Source: Marispirochaeta sp.
GTDB lineage: Bacteria; Spirochaetota; Spirochaetia; JC444; Marispirochaetaceae
Assembly (NCBI GenBank): GCA_963676835.2
Contig: CAXXFF010000001.1
Span: 480,001 to 544,000, forward strand
DNA length: 64,000 nucleotides
Direction: 5' to 3'
This document shows positions 1 through 9,585 of the stretch, one piece after another. Made by a program: the position numbers and the translations under genes. Below the pieces are notes generated by a model. That model ran no database searches and had not been told where the DNA came from. It saw only the letters and a list, made by a program, of their open reading frames with translations. How positions within the stretch are numbered: the first letter of the stretch is position 1; every line of letters starts with the position of its first letter.

Positions 1-86
1 CCCAGCGGGTTATCAAAGCAGTCGGCCAGGGATTTATTCTCTGTATTGTGGCGGATGCCCTGATAACCATGATCTATTATCTTTAA
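1..86 (+). CDS. C-terminal fragment of a probable MlaE-family ABC permease (truncated by window edge)
   Basis: Frame from nt 3 reads QRVIKAVGQGFILCIVADALITMIYYL-stop: a hydrophobic C-terminus directly upstream of MlaF/MlaD-like genes. Confidence 0.6.
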   Translation, partial: QRVIKAVGQGFILCIVADALITMIYYL

Positions 87-121
87 CAAAGGTAAAAAGG
101 GAAAGCGAGGAGTAACAGCCG

Positions 122-928
122 GTGGGAAGTATTCTGGAACTGAAAGAGACAAGCGTTATCCGCGGAGGTGTGGAGATTCTGAACCAGGCCTCTGCAGTGT
201 TCGACGAAGGCTCAGTCACGGTGATTGTAGGTGCTTCGGGCTCCGGAAAAAGCACCCTCCTCAAGGTTGCAGCGGGAATCATGCCGCCGGAAAAAGGCAA
301 GGTTCTCTACCGGGAAAAGGATCTCTTTTCTTTAGGGGACGAACACAACCGTGAGTTCCGAAAAAACAACGGCTTTGCCTTTCAGGACGGCGCCCTCTGG
401 TCCAACCGCTCCGTCTATGACAACCTCAGTCTGCCCCTGGAATATCACTTTCCCGGGCTGTCCCGGCCGGAAATAGATACGCGCATTAAAGATGCAATCC
501 GCAAAGTGGGCTTCAGAGACAACCCCCAGCTGCGTCCCGCCCAGCTCTCCGGCGGAGAGCGCAAGATGATTGGCTTTATCCGGGCACTGATGACAGACCC
601 GGAGATAGTCTTTATGGATACCCCAACAGACAATGTTGATGCTGCGGTGGCAGGCCGTATACGGGGGATTATCGGAAGCCTGAAAAAGGAAGGCAAAACC
701 ATGCTCATCAGCACCCACGACAAGGAGCTGATCGCAAAAGTTGCAGACAGGCTCCTGATAATAGAAACCGGTGAAATACTTGCCTACGGCCCCTTGCGTA
801 GAGTACTCGAAGGGGAAGATGAAAAGATACGGGAAATAATCGGCTCCGTAATCGACACAGAGTCCTTTTTAGGGGATGATCTTGCGGATCTGATGGGGAA
901 AAGCGAAGAGAATCCATTTGAGTTTTGA
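122..928 (+). CDS. ABC transporter ATP-binding protein, MlaF-like
   Basis: Walker A GASGSGKST, Q-loop FQDGALW, signature LSGGE, H-loop STHD; Walker B reads VFMDT; next to an MCE gene. Confidence 0.85.
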   Translation: MGSILELKETSVIRGGVEILNQASAVFDEGSVTVIVGASGSGKSTLLKVAAGIMPPEKGKVLYREKDLFSLGDEHNREFRKNNGFAFQDGALWSNRSVYDNLSLPLEYHFPGLSRPEIDTRIKDAIRKVGFRDNPQLRPAQLSGGERKMIGFIRALMTDPEIVFMDTPTDNVDAAVAGRIRGIIGSLKKEGKTMLISTHDKELIAKVADRLLIIETGEILAYGPLRRVLEGEDEKIREIIGSVIDTESFLGDDLADLMGKSEENPFEF

Positions 929-930
929 AA

Positions 931-959
931 TTGACACACCTCCGGGCTGCAGCTAGAAT
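931..959 (+). promoter_or_regulatory. sigma70-type promoter upstream of the mlaD-like gene
   Basis: TTGACA (931-936), 17 bp spacer, TAGAAT (954-959). Confidence 0.7.
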
Positions 960-1001
960 GAAAGAGTCCGGAATTGTGTACTGAATAAACGGGAATTGCA
1001 G

Positions 1002-2033
1002 ATGAAATTCAAAATAAAATATGCCGAGCAGATAACCGGTATTTTTGTGCTGGTAGCCATTATCTTTATAACCCTGGTAATGATCCTTATGGGGATCAAC
1101 CAGCGCTGGTTTAAACACGATCCCGCCTTTTACAGTATTTTCGATTCAGCGGAAGGTTTAAAGCTTGGAATGTCCATCAAACTCAAGGGCTTCCAGATAG
1201 GTACGGTAAAGAAAATACAGCTGCTGGATAACAACCGGGTGGAAATTCACTTTTCAATTTATGAGAACTACCATGTAAAAGTCCGCGAAAACTCCATTCT
1301 GCAGCTCTCTTCTAACCCCCTCGGCCTGGGCGGCGGACTTCTGCTCTACCCCGGCAGGTATGCATCGGCCCCTCTGCCGGAAGGCTCCTACATTCCCTCC
1401 ACGGATTTTTCCGAAGGTAAGCAGCTTATCTCAAGCGGACTGGTGGAAATCAACGAAAGCGATGCCATTAGCCTGCTCATGGACGATGTTTCCACCATAC
1501 TGGGCAATACCAATCAGACAATTCTCGATCTCGATGACATTCTCAAAGGGGTCAAGCTGATTATGGCAGGGAATGATCCCGGACCGGTGGGCGGCATTGT
1601 CAACAACGTGGACAGTATTACCGGAGAGCTTTCCGCCGCAATGGGAGAGCTTACGGGACACATCAATGCCACTATGGCGAATATAGAAACCCTCTCGGAA
1701 AAGATCACCGAGCCTGCGGATTTTATGTCCGATTTTGTTGCCTCCGACAGCTCCATAGCCAAAATCCTGAACGACAAGCAGGAACTCTACGGTGAAATTC
1801 TCTCCATTCTGGCGGGTATCAACGATACCATAGCCCAGCTTGAGGAGTTTACCGTCTATATCAACGATACCACTCCCCAGATATCCGGACTGCTTGAAGA
1901 CAGCAGGGAAGCCCTTGATCAGGGCAAGGATGTTCTGGAGGGACTCAAGAACAATCCCCTTCTCCGGGGCGGTATCAGCGATACGAAGGAACAGCCGGCA
2001 ACCTACCAGTCCTACCGGGATAAGGATTTTTAA
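1002..2033 (+). CDS. MlaD/MCE family protein
   Basis: N-terminal TM helix, MCE motif FDSAEGLKLGMSIKLKGFQIGTV, long helical C-terminus ending NNPLLRGG; ATG at 1002 (track start 996). Confidence 0.85.
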   Translation: MKFKIKYAEQITGIFVLVAIIFITLVMILMGINQRWFKHDPAFYSIFDSAEGLKLGMSIKLKGFQIGTVKKIQLLDNNRVEIHFSIYENYHVKVRENSILQLSSNPLGLGGGLLLYPGRYASAPLPEGSYIPSTDFSEGKQLISSGLVEINESDAISLLMDDVSTILGNTNQTILDLDDILKGVKLIMAGNDPGPVGGIVNNVDSITGELSAAMGELTGHINATMANIETLSEKITEPADFMSDFVASDSSIAKILNDKQELYGEILSILAGINDTIAQLEEFTVYINDTTPQISGLLEDSREALDQGKDVLEGLKNNPLLRGGISDTKEQPATYQSYRDKDF

Positions 2034-2980
2034 TGAAGATTATATCCGGAAAATACATACTTCTTATAACTGCGGCTTCCCTCTTCTCTGTTTTAGTCGG
2101 CTGCTCTTCAGCTCCCGAAACTCCGGACCACGTTACCGATACCCGCAACAGGGCAGCGGAATACGCGGATTTCGGCAACCGCTACCTCGACAGGGGACAG
2201 TATGATCAGGCAATGAAATTCTTCAACCTGGCCCTGGAAGACAATATCGCCATCGATAACGAGGAGGGAATTGTTCTCTCCCGTAATTCCATCGGCGAGA
2301 CCTACCTTATGACCGGCAGGCTGGATCAGGCGGAATCATACTTTGACTCAGCCATGGAACTCTCCCTGCGGATTGAACGGAAGGACCTGGAACTTCGCAC
2401 CCTTAACAACCTCGGCAAGCTTGCGCTCAACCGGGGCGACAATGACATTGCCCTGGCGGTATTTGCCGATGCCCGGGAGATTATCGACACGGAGAAGAAT
2501 GCACCTTCGGAAGTTGTGGCGGATATCTACCACAGCATCGGTGCTCTGTATAAGATTCTGGGAGATTACGATAAATCCAGAGAAAACCTTCAGGAGAGCC
2601 TTAGGCGCAACAAGGATCTCAAACGCCAGGAGGAGATGGCATCCACCTACTACATGCTCTCCTCGGTCTATTCCAAGCTTGAGGATTATGGCCAGGCAGA
2701 GAACTACATGCAGAATGCCCTGGATCTGGACAAGAAGATCGAAAACAGCCATGGCATAGCCGACGACTATTTCGGCCTGGGACTGATTACCCGAAAAGCC
2801 GGAAAAAGCGATGAGTCTTACACCTATTTCCGTACCGCCCTGGAAAAATACATAATTCTGAATAAACTTCAGGACACCCTGGAGACCTTAAAAATACTTC
2901 AGGACCTTGCCCTGGAACTGGGCAGACAGGAAGATTTTGCCGGCTACTCGGATACTATTGAGCTGCTGAATAAACAGTAA
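2033..2980 (+). CDS. TPR-repeat lipoprotein
   Basis: Lipobox LVGC after a signal peptide; multiple TPR-like repeats (NSIGETY..G..DQAESYF). Confidence 0.8.
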   Translation: MKIISGKYILLITAASLFSVLVGCSSAPETPDHVTDTRNRAAEYADFGNRYLDRGQYDQAMKFFNLALEDNIAIDNEEGIVLSRNSIGETYLMTGRLDQAESYFDSAMELSLRIERKDLELRTLNNLGKLALNRGDNDIALAVFADAREIIDTEKNAPSEVVADIYHSIGALYKILGDYDKSRENLQESLRRNKDLKRQEEMASTYYMLSSVYSKLEDYGQAENYMQNALDLDKKIENSHGIADDYFGLGLITRKAGKSDESYTYFRTALEKYIILNKLQDTLETLKILQDLALELGRQEDFAGYSDTIELLNKQ

Positions 2981-2992
2981 CTGAAACAGGAA

Positions 2993-3868
2993 ATGAGAAG
3001 CATTGCCCTCATTCTTATCATACTTTCCGCCCATTCGCTGCTGCAGGCCCTGCCGGAATACCCCCGCATAGAGCAACTAAACTTCCGGGATCCCCTTTAC
3101 CGGCAGCTGGAGGATTTTGTTTCAGATTTTCATAAATCCTCCGCCCGGGGCGAGACTCTGCCGAATCTGCTCTTTTTTCGCCATACCCTGACAGAAGAAA
3201 CGGATCTTTTTTCCCTGGCAAGCCGCTGCGGCCTTACCTATGACTCCCTTGCAACCCTGAATGGATACACCCGGAATACGCCGGTAAAAGCCGGTACCGA
3301 ACTGCTGATCCCCAGTGTTCCGGGAATCTTTACTCCCATAAGGGCACGGAACGACCTGGACCGCTTTATTGCGGCATCACCACGAAGCGGAGGCCAATCC
3401 TGCACCCCCTTCGGGGATGGGGAATACCTTTATTACCCCGGAGAGCGCTTCAACAGCGTGGAGAGGGCCTTTTTTCTGGGGGTATTCCTGGGATTTCCCC
3501 TGCGTGACGGGGTAGTAAGTTCCCCCTACGGTGTACGTACCGACCCTTTTACGGGGCACAAGGCCTTCCACCACGGAGTGGATCTGGCGGCACCGCTGGG
3601 TTCGGAAGTTCTTGCAGCCCGGGCGGGGACCGTCGTTTTTTCTGGAAACGATGCAGTCTACGGCAACTATCTTATCATTTCCCACGAAAACGGGTATCGT
3701 ACACTCTACGGGCACCTAAAAAACGCGCTGGTGAGATTGAATCAGCATGTGGTATTGGGTATGATTATAGGAGAAGTGGGCGTAACCGGACAGACTACCG
3801 GGCCGCACCTGCATTTTGAAGTCTTGAAGGATGGAGTTACCAGAGATCCGTCTGAATATATCCATTAA
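2993..3868 (+). CDS. M23 family metallopeptidase with LysM-like domain
   Basis: HHGVD, YGHL and TGPHLHFE M23 motifs; signal peptide; LysM-like segment DLFSLASRCGLTYDSLATLNG. Confidence 0.9.
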   Translation: MRSIALILIILSAHSLLQALPEYPRIEQLNFRDPLYRQLEDFVSDFHKSSARGETLPNLLFFRHTLTEETDLFSLASRCGLTYDSLATLNGYTRNTPVKAGTELLIPSVPGIFTPIRARNDLDRFIAASPRSGGQSCTPFGDGEYLYYPGERFNSVERAFFLGVFLGFPLRDGVVSSPYGVRTDPFTGHKAFHHGVDLAAPLGSEVLAARAGTVVFSGNDAVYGNYLIISHENGYRTLYGHLKNALVRLNQHVVLGMIIGEVGVTGQTTGPHLHFEVLKDGVTRDPSEYIH

Positions 3869-3877
3869 GGACATTGG

Positions 3878-4846
3878 ATGAAATCGTTTTTCCGGACAGC
3901 TCTGCTGCTCCTGGCGATGGCTGCGGCCGCGCCGGTCCTTTCAGCTGACGCCATCAGGGGGTCAGTGGTGGATATTCTGCAGGTACGCCCAAACGATCAG
4001 GCTGCCGGCAGCTGCCGTCTCGAAGAACTTCTGGCGGTGGATCTTCCGGAAGGGGCCTCATTCTTTAAAGGTATTGAGATCGAGATAACCATCCCGCAGG
4101 AGCTGATGCGCTTCCGGAACAGCTTTGCGGTCTATCTGTATAAATCAGCATCACCGGAACCGGTGGAAGAGCAGATTAAGCGCTATACCGCGGAATCAAT
4201 CGGATACTACATTATTCCCAACACCCGCAAAATGTATATGCAGATTCCTCTCAGGGCCAATGCCGATCTTCCAAGATCTCCGGAAACAATCCTGGTAAAA
4301 AACCTTGATGAAAACAGCGATTTTCCCCTGCTGCTCACAATCCTGCCCATTATGAAGGGTATTCCTTCGGATATAAGCAGGGCTGATTTTGCGGTTAAAG
4401 CATATCCTTATATGGCGGATGAAGGTATCCTGCAGCTTGATCTGGATACCCCCGGCAACGAGGCCTATTCCGTACTGGTGGACAAGCAGCCTCTCGCCTA
4501 CAGAAACGGAGGATATCTGCTCTCTGCCGGAGCCCATGAGGTTGAAATACGTTCAGAAGCCTATCTTCCCGTAACCCGCACCGTATCGATTGGAGCCGGA
4601 AAAACAACCAGACTCGAAATAGTTCTGGAAAAGAAAGAGCCAAGCCTCAATTTTGAAGTTCCCGACGGAACCATCATTTTTCTTGACGGAAATCAGGTGA
4701 GCGGTACATCATTAAAGACGACAGAGGGACATCATACTGTGGTATTTAAACTTGGCGATTATTCAATGACCCGTGAGTTTGAAGTCATCGGAGGAAAGCG
4801 ATATACGGTTACCCTCTTTTTTGATGTTTTTGTTAAGGAAAACTAA
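3878..4846 (+). CDS. Exported PEGA-domain protein
   Basis: Signal peptide; C-terminal PEGA-like repeats (LSAGAHEVEIR, TTEGHHTVVFK). Confidence 0.6.
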   Translation: MKSFFRTALLLLAMAAAAPVLSADAIRGSVVDILQVRPNDQAAGSCRLEELLAVDLPEGASFFKGIEIEITIPQELMRFRNSFAVYLYKSASPEPVEEQIKRYTAESIGYYIIPNTRKMYMQIPLRANADLPRSPETILVKNLDENSDFPLLLTILPIMKGIPSDISRADFAVKAYPYMADEGILQLDLDTPGNEAYSVLVDKQPLAYRNGGYLLSAGAHEVEIRSEAYLPVTRTVSIGAGKTTRLEIVLEKKEPSLNFEVPDGTIIFLDGNQVSGTSLKTTEGHHTVVFKLGDYSMTREFEVIGGKRYTVTLFFDVFVKEN

Positions 4847-4873
4847 TCTTTTCCTGAAATTAGTCGATATAAA

Positions 4874-4965
4874 AGGTGTCGGATACATATAGTTCCCCTC
4901 CCAGTTTACTATATTATTCGGCGACCTACCAACCTGGCCGATTCTTCGGAATCGGCCTTTTTTTT
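4874..4965 (+). ncRNA. Candidate small RNA: long hairpin with C-rich loop followed by an intrinsic terminator
   Basis: 4874-4893 pairs with 4908-4927; loop TCCCCTCCCAGTTT; then terminator; sigma28-like TAAT-N15-GTCGATAT at 4844-4870. Confidence 0.45.
4936..4965 (+). terminator. Rho-independent terminator
   Basis: GGCCGATTC-TTCG-GAATCGGCC followed by T8. Confidence 0.9.
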
Positions 4966-5001
4966 CGTCCCCACAAGATCAATTCTCTTCCCTGATCTCT
5001 C

Positions 5002-5030
5002 TTGACAAAAGCCATACGCCCTCCTACTGT
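5002..5030 (+). promoter_or_regulatory. sigma70 promoter of the PBP1A gene, likely leaderless
   Basis: TTGACA-17bp-TACTGT ending 5 nt before ATG 5036; no SD. Confidence 0.7.
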
Positions 5031-5035
5031 AGCCT

Positions 5036-7525
5036 ATGGCATTTTCCCGTCGTCAGCGTATTGTACTCGAAGTTATTATTGGCCTAACCCTGCTGGTTGC
5101 CCTGGGTACCGGAGTTACCCTGGGTGTAGCAATGGCCGCCATGAAGAATATAGATATTGTAAGAGAGCTCAGGGATTACAAACCGGCTCTTCCCACCCAG
5201 GTTCTGGACCGTAACGGTAGGCTTATCACCGAGTTTTTCGGTGAAGAGAAGCGCGATATCGTCCATATCGATGAACTTCCCAAGCATCTGATCTATGCCG
5301 TACTCACCCGGGAGGACCGTAATTTCTACGAACACAAGGGTTTTGACTTTTTCCGGACCGCCCGGGCTACCCTCGATATGGTTACCGGAAACTTCTCGGG
5401 AGGCGGCAGTACCATTACCCAGCAGGTTGCCGGCCGTCTTTTTGCCGACCGTTCCCAGAAGACCATTACCAGGAAGCTGGTGGAGCTCTGGTATGCTGTT
5501 CTGCTTGAACGGGCTCTGACTAAAAACGAAATTCTGGAACTGTATTTAAATCAGGAAATTCTCGGACACGGAACCTACGGCGTGGAAGCCGCATCTCAGC
5601 TTTACTTCGGTCATTCCGCCCGGGATGTCAGCGTTGCGGAAGCTGCCGTGCTGGTGCCGCTCTTTTCCGCACCTTCCCGGTATTCGCCTATTCTTCACCC
5701 CGAGTTTGCCAAGGACCGGCAGCGCTATGTCCTTGATCAGATGGTGAGCATCGGCTATGTAAGCAAAGAAGAAGCAGACAGCTCATTTGAAAAATTCTGG
5801 GACAACTGGGACTTTACCCGGTCAAACACCACCAGCGCCTATTTTTCCAACGAGAGCCTTGCACCCTACTTCTCTGAGTATGTGCGCCAGGAACTTGAAG
5901 ATCTGCTCTTCGGTTCGGTGGATATCTATAAAGACGGTTACGTTGTTCATACCACCCTGGACCTTGATTACCAGCGCGATGCGGATGAGATTATGCAGGA
6001 GGGCCTCCGCTCGGTTAACCAGCGCTATCAGGCAACCTCCAACGACCGCTTCGACGTGGTAAATCAGGAATACATACCCTTTCTTGATATGATGGCCCTG
6101 GCATTCAACCTGGAGAATCTCAAGGTAGCCGGAGCGCAGCAGAAGCGGGATGCGAAGAATGATTACCTGAGCGATGTTAACCCCCTGGTAGACCTCTTGG
6201 CGATGACCACCGGTTCCCGGGAACTGCATAAACTTGCCAGGGAAACCTATAACCTCATTAAAGAGAAAAACGAGCGCACCACCGTTGAAGGCGCCCTTAT
6301 AAGTCTTGAGAACGAAACAGGACATATTCTTGCCATGGTGGGCGGTTCGGATTTTGAGACCAAGAAACTCAACAGGGCGGTACAGTCAAAGCTGCAGCCC
6401 GGCTCCAGTTTCAAGCCTCTTTACTACTCTGCCGCCATTTCCTCTGGCAAGTTCACCCCGGCAACCAGGCTGTATGATGGTCCCATCGTATTCTGGAATG
6501 CCGACGGCACCCCCTATGAACCGACCAACTATCTTGGAGAGTGGAAGGGATCTGTTCTGCTCCGGTTTGCACTGGCAACCTCCATGAACGTTCCTTCCAT
6601 CCAGGTTCTTGACGGCATAGGCTTCGATGCAGCCATAGACCGGGCATCACGGCTGCTGGGGCTCTATGAATACCGCAATAACGAGGATATTTTTCCCAGG
6701 CGTTATCCCCTTGGATTGGGAATTGTGTCGGTTGCCCCTATAAATATGGTCAGAGCCTTTGCCACCTTCCCCAACGGCGGAAAAGAGGTGGTGCCCATTG
6801 CCATAACCTATATTCAGGACCGCCAGGGGAATATGGTCCTTGAACACGAAAAAGATCTGCTTAACGAACGCAAAGGCAAGGACACCCGGATACTTTCTCC
6901 CCAGGCAGCCTACGTAATGGTCAACCTGCTGCAGAGTACAGTGGAGTTCGGAACCCTTGCTAACCGGCGCCGCAATATCGGCGGCTTCGACGGAATGCCC
7001 ATGGCGGGTAAAACCGGAACCACCCAGAACTGGGGAGACGCCTGGACCGTCGGATTTTCCCCTTACATGACCACTGCCGTCTGGTTCGGATTTGATATGC
7101 CCGGAAACAGTCTGGGGCGCTACCTTACAGGAGCTACCGCTGCCGGTCCCATCTGGGCCAAATACATGAAAACCGTTCACACAGGTCTTGAACCCAAAGA
7201 GTTCACCAAACCCGATTCCGGGCTGGTTACCGTCAGGGTCTGCGCCGAATCGGGAATGCTGCCCACCCAGGACTGTGACGACGGCATTATTGAAGAGATA
7301 TTCATCGCCGGCACCGAACCCCGGCAAGCCTGTGACATACACGAGTTCCAGAAGGACCGGGATGAGCTGTTGATAAAGAAAATTCAGGACAACATGCTTA
7401 CCCAGGACCTTTCGCTGGATTCTTTCGATATTCCCGATCTTCCCCTTCCCTTCGATGAAGATCCCGGTGACAGCAATCCGCTTCTGGATGATTCCAGCGA
7501 TTCCGTTAATCCGCTGCTTGACTGA
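5036..7525 (+). CDS. Class A penicillin-binding protein 1A (transglycosylase/transpeptidase)
   Basis: EDRNFYEHKG and GGSTITQQ (TG); GSSFK (SxxK), SMN and KTGTT (TP). Confidence 0.95.
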   Translation: MAFSRRQRIVLEVIIGLTLLVALGTGVTLGVAMAAMKNIDIVRELRDYKPALPTQVLDRNGRLITEFFGEEKRDIVHIDELPKHLIYAVLTREDRNFYEHKGFDFFRTARATLDMVTGNFSGGGSTITQQVAGRLFADRSQKTITRKLVELWYAVLLERALTKNEILELYLNQEILGHGTYGVEAASQLYFGHSARDVSVAEAAVLVPLFSAPSRYSPILHPEFAKDRQRYVLDQMVSIGYVSKEEADSSFEKFWDNWDFTRSNTTSAYFSNESLAPYFSEYVRQELEDLLFGSVDIYKDGYVVHTTLDLDYQRDADEIMQEGLRSVNQRYQATSNDRFDVVNQEYIPFLDMMALAFNLENLKVAGAQQKRDAKNDYLSDVNPLVDLLAMTTGSRELHKLARETYNLIKEKNERTTVEGALISLENETGHILAMVGGSDFETKKLNRAVQSKLQPGSSFKPLYYSAAISSGKFTPATRLYDGPIVFWNADGTPYEPTNYLGEWKGSVLLRFALATSMNVPSIQVLDGIGFDAAIDRASRLLGLYEYRNNEDIFPRRYPLGLGIVSVAPINMVRAFATFPNGGKEVVPIAITYIQDRQGNMVLEHEKDLLNERKGKDTRILSPQAAYVMVNLLQSTVEFGTLANRRRNIGGFDGMPMAGKTGTTQNWGDAWTVGFSPYMTTAVWFGFDMPGNSLGRYLTGATAAGPIWAKYMKTVHTGLEPKEFTKPDSGLVTVRVCAESGMLPTQDCDDGIIEEIFIAGTEPRQACDIHEFQKDRDELLIKKIQDNMLTQDLSLDSFDIPDLPLPFDEDPGDSNPLLDDSSDSVNPLLD

Positions 7526-7539
7526 TTAAGGAGGCTTCC

Positions 7540-7932
7540 ATGCAGGTAATGATCAAGGATGTAATAGTAAAACGCCGAATCCGCGTGAATCTGGGAAACC
7601 TTAATCAGCTTGCCGAGAGCCTCCGTAATCACGGACAGATGAACCCCATTGTACTTACCCCGAAAAACGAGCTTATAGCAGGCCACAGGCGGCTTGAGGC
7701 GGCAAAAAAACTGGGATGGCAGACTATTGAGGCAAAAGTGGTGGGAAACATCTCGGAAGCGGATAAAATAGAGATGGAGATTGATGAGAACCTTCACCGC
7801 CGGCCCTTAAGCCCCGACGAACTTGCCGACGGCTACGGCCGGCTGGACAAGCTCCGCAACCCCGGTTTTTTCCGGCGGCTCTGGTTAAAGATCGCCGCTT
7901 TCTTTAAAAAGATCTTTCGAAAGCGGCGCTGA
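7540..7932 (+). CDS. Small ParB/Srx N-terminal-domain protein with basic amphipathic C-terminal helix
   Basis: LAESLRNHGQMNPI, IAGHRRLEA, DENLHR; C-terminus FFRRLWLKIAAFFKKIFRKRR; SD AGGAGG. Confidence 0.8.
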   Translation: MQVMIKDVIVKRRIRVNLGNLNQLAESLRNHGQMNPIVLTPKNELIAGHRRLEAAKKLGWQTIEAKVVGNISEADKIEMEIDENLHRRPLSPDELADGYGRLDKLRNPGFFRRLWLKIAAFFKKIFRKRR

Positions 7933-7972
7933 ATTAAAACTTACCTTTCTGTTTACTTTCTCAACTTCCAGG

Positions 7973-9550
7973 CTACTGCAGGTTCCAGATATCATGGAAT
8001 GAGTGGCTGTGCTCACAGTAGCGGCAGACAAAGCGGTTTTCCAGAGACTGGATAAACTCGGGCTGTACATTCTCATGAAACTCACCCCTGGAAATACAGT
8101 TTTCATTCTTACAGGAGATCTCATCAAAGCCGTACACTTTAGGGGGCATATTCATGCGGTACTTTTTCTGCACCATGGAGTTGTCGATTATATTCAGGGT
8201 ACATCCCGGGGCAATTGCCGCAAGCATTTTTAGCTGGTGCTCATCGAAGGAGATAATATCCGGCAGGGAGATTAAGCCCTTAAAAATCTCGGGATGACTT
8301 GAGTGATAAACCCCGTGGGAGGAGCGGATATTGAAGCCCATAATACGGCGGATCTTGTCTATGTGATCCCAGATAAGCTTCACATCCCTTCCCCGGCCGA
8401 TATGATCAATAACAATACCCCGTTCCACCGGCTTAATGCCGACCTTGTATTCATCCTGCTTTTTACCGCCATGGGCAACGGCAACTTCCTGAACAAACTC
8501 TTCGCTGATCTCTTTTTCAGAATGGGGCTCACCCTTGAAATCTTTGCCAAGATCCCCTGCAAGCAGCCCTATCTCGACAATACGGGTGTAATATCCGTTT
8601 ACGGACTGCTCGTCCCAGGCATTAAGGTTTGTATGATCCAGAAACCCGGGGATTGTCGGATGTTCCCTGTGTCTTGGAAGGGGATGATAGAAACGGGTGC
8701 CTTCGTTGAGCATTGGAATAAACTCTTTACGAAAGGTAATTGCCCGGCGCAGGGATTCTGCCTTTTCAAGGATTTCATCTCCCATTCTTTCAAGCTGGGG
8801 ACGGGTAAAATACCAGATAAGCGCCGGGTTTCCGGCGGCAAGATACTCTTCAATAGACTCAAACTCATTAACCTTGAAGCCGTTCTCCGCCATTTTGTCT
8901 TTGTAATAGGCAGGCATGGAGAGCTCTTCCGGAGCTACCAGGTCTACTTCCACATTCTTGAATACCTTGAGGCCGTTAACCTTTGAATGGACCGTTCTGC
9001 CGTGAAAAAGATCTCCCACCAGGGCAATGCGCAGATGATCCCGGTTCCAGTTCAGATGTTCAAGAAAGCTGAACTCATCCAGAAACTCCTGGGTCGGATG
9101 CTCGTGTTTGCCGTCACCGCCGTTTATGAAGGATGGCCGTTCCTTGCCGATCCGCTCAGCATAGGCGCCCAGCTCTTCATCCAGCCAGCGGCAGAGCCCC
9201 TCCTGCCTTGAACGGACAATAAACAGGGACCGTTCACAGTAGCCGAAAAGCATTTTAATGGTATCCGTAATGCTTTCGCTTTTGTTGAAGGATGAGGTTG
9301 CTGTGTTAAAGTGATTGACCCGTACACCGTGGAATTGCGCCGCATTGGCAAATGATTCGCGGGTTCTGGTGCTGTCCTCCAGAAAAAAGAGATATGCCCC
9401 GAGGTTGGGATCATTAATGCGGAACTGTTCAAGCCCCTTTCCGCTTTTCAGACACTCCTTAAGCTCACGGGTCTTCTCATACAGATAGAGCTGTTCATCA
9501 ATTGAAAAATCCTCTACAACGGTTAGACTACGTCCCTTGAATACCGACAC
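7973..9550 (-). CDS. pyrBI: Bifunctional aspartate carbamoyltransferase, catalytic + regulatory fusion (PyrB-PyrI)
   Basis: STRTRESF, HEHPTQ, HPLP; C-terminal PyrI-like part GIVIDHI, CKNENC...CRYC. Confidence 0.92.
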   Translation of the reverse strand: MSVFKGRSLTVVEDFSIDEQLYLYEKTRELKECLKSGKGLEQFRINDPNLGAYLFFLEDSTRTRESFANAAQFHGVRVNHFNTATSSFNKSESITDTIKMLFGYCERSLFIVRSRQEGLCRWLDEELGAYAERIGKERPSFINGGDGKHEHPTQEFLDEFSFLEHLNWNRDHLRIALVGDLFHGRTVHSKVNGLKVFKNVEVDLVAPEELSMPAYYKDKMAENGFKVNEFESIEEYLAAGNPALIWYFTRPQLERMGDEILEKAESLRRAITFRKEFIPMLNEGTRFYHPLPRHREHPTIPGFLDHTNLNAWDEQSVNGYYTRIVEIGLLAGDLGKDFKGEPHSEKEISEEFVQEVAVAHGGKKQDEYKVGIKPVERGIVIDHIGRGRDVKLIWDHIDKIRRIMGFNIRSSHGVYHSSHPEIFKGLISLPDIISFDEHQLKMLAAIAPGCTLNIIDNSMVQKKYRMNMPPKVYGFDEISCKNENCISRGEFHENVQPEFIQSLENRFVCRYCEHSHSFHDIWNLQ

Positions 9551-9585
9551 ACATTCCTCCAGCGATTAAATACCCTGCGGGCAAT

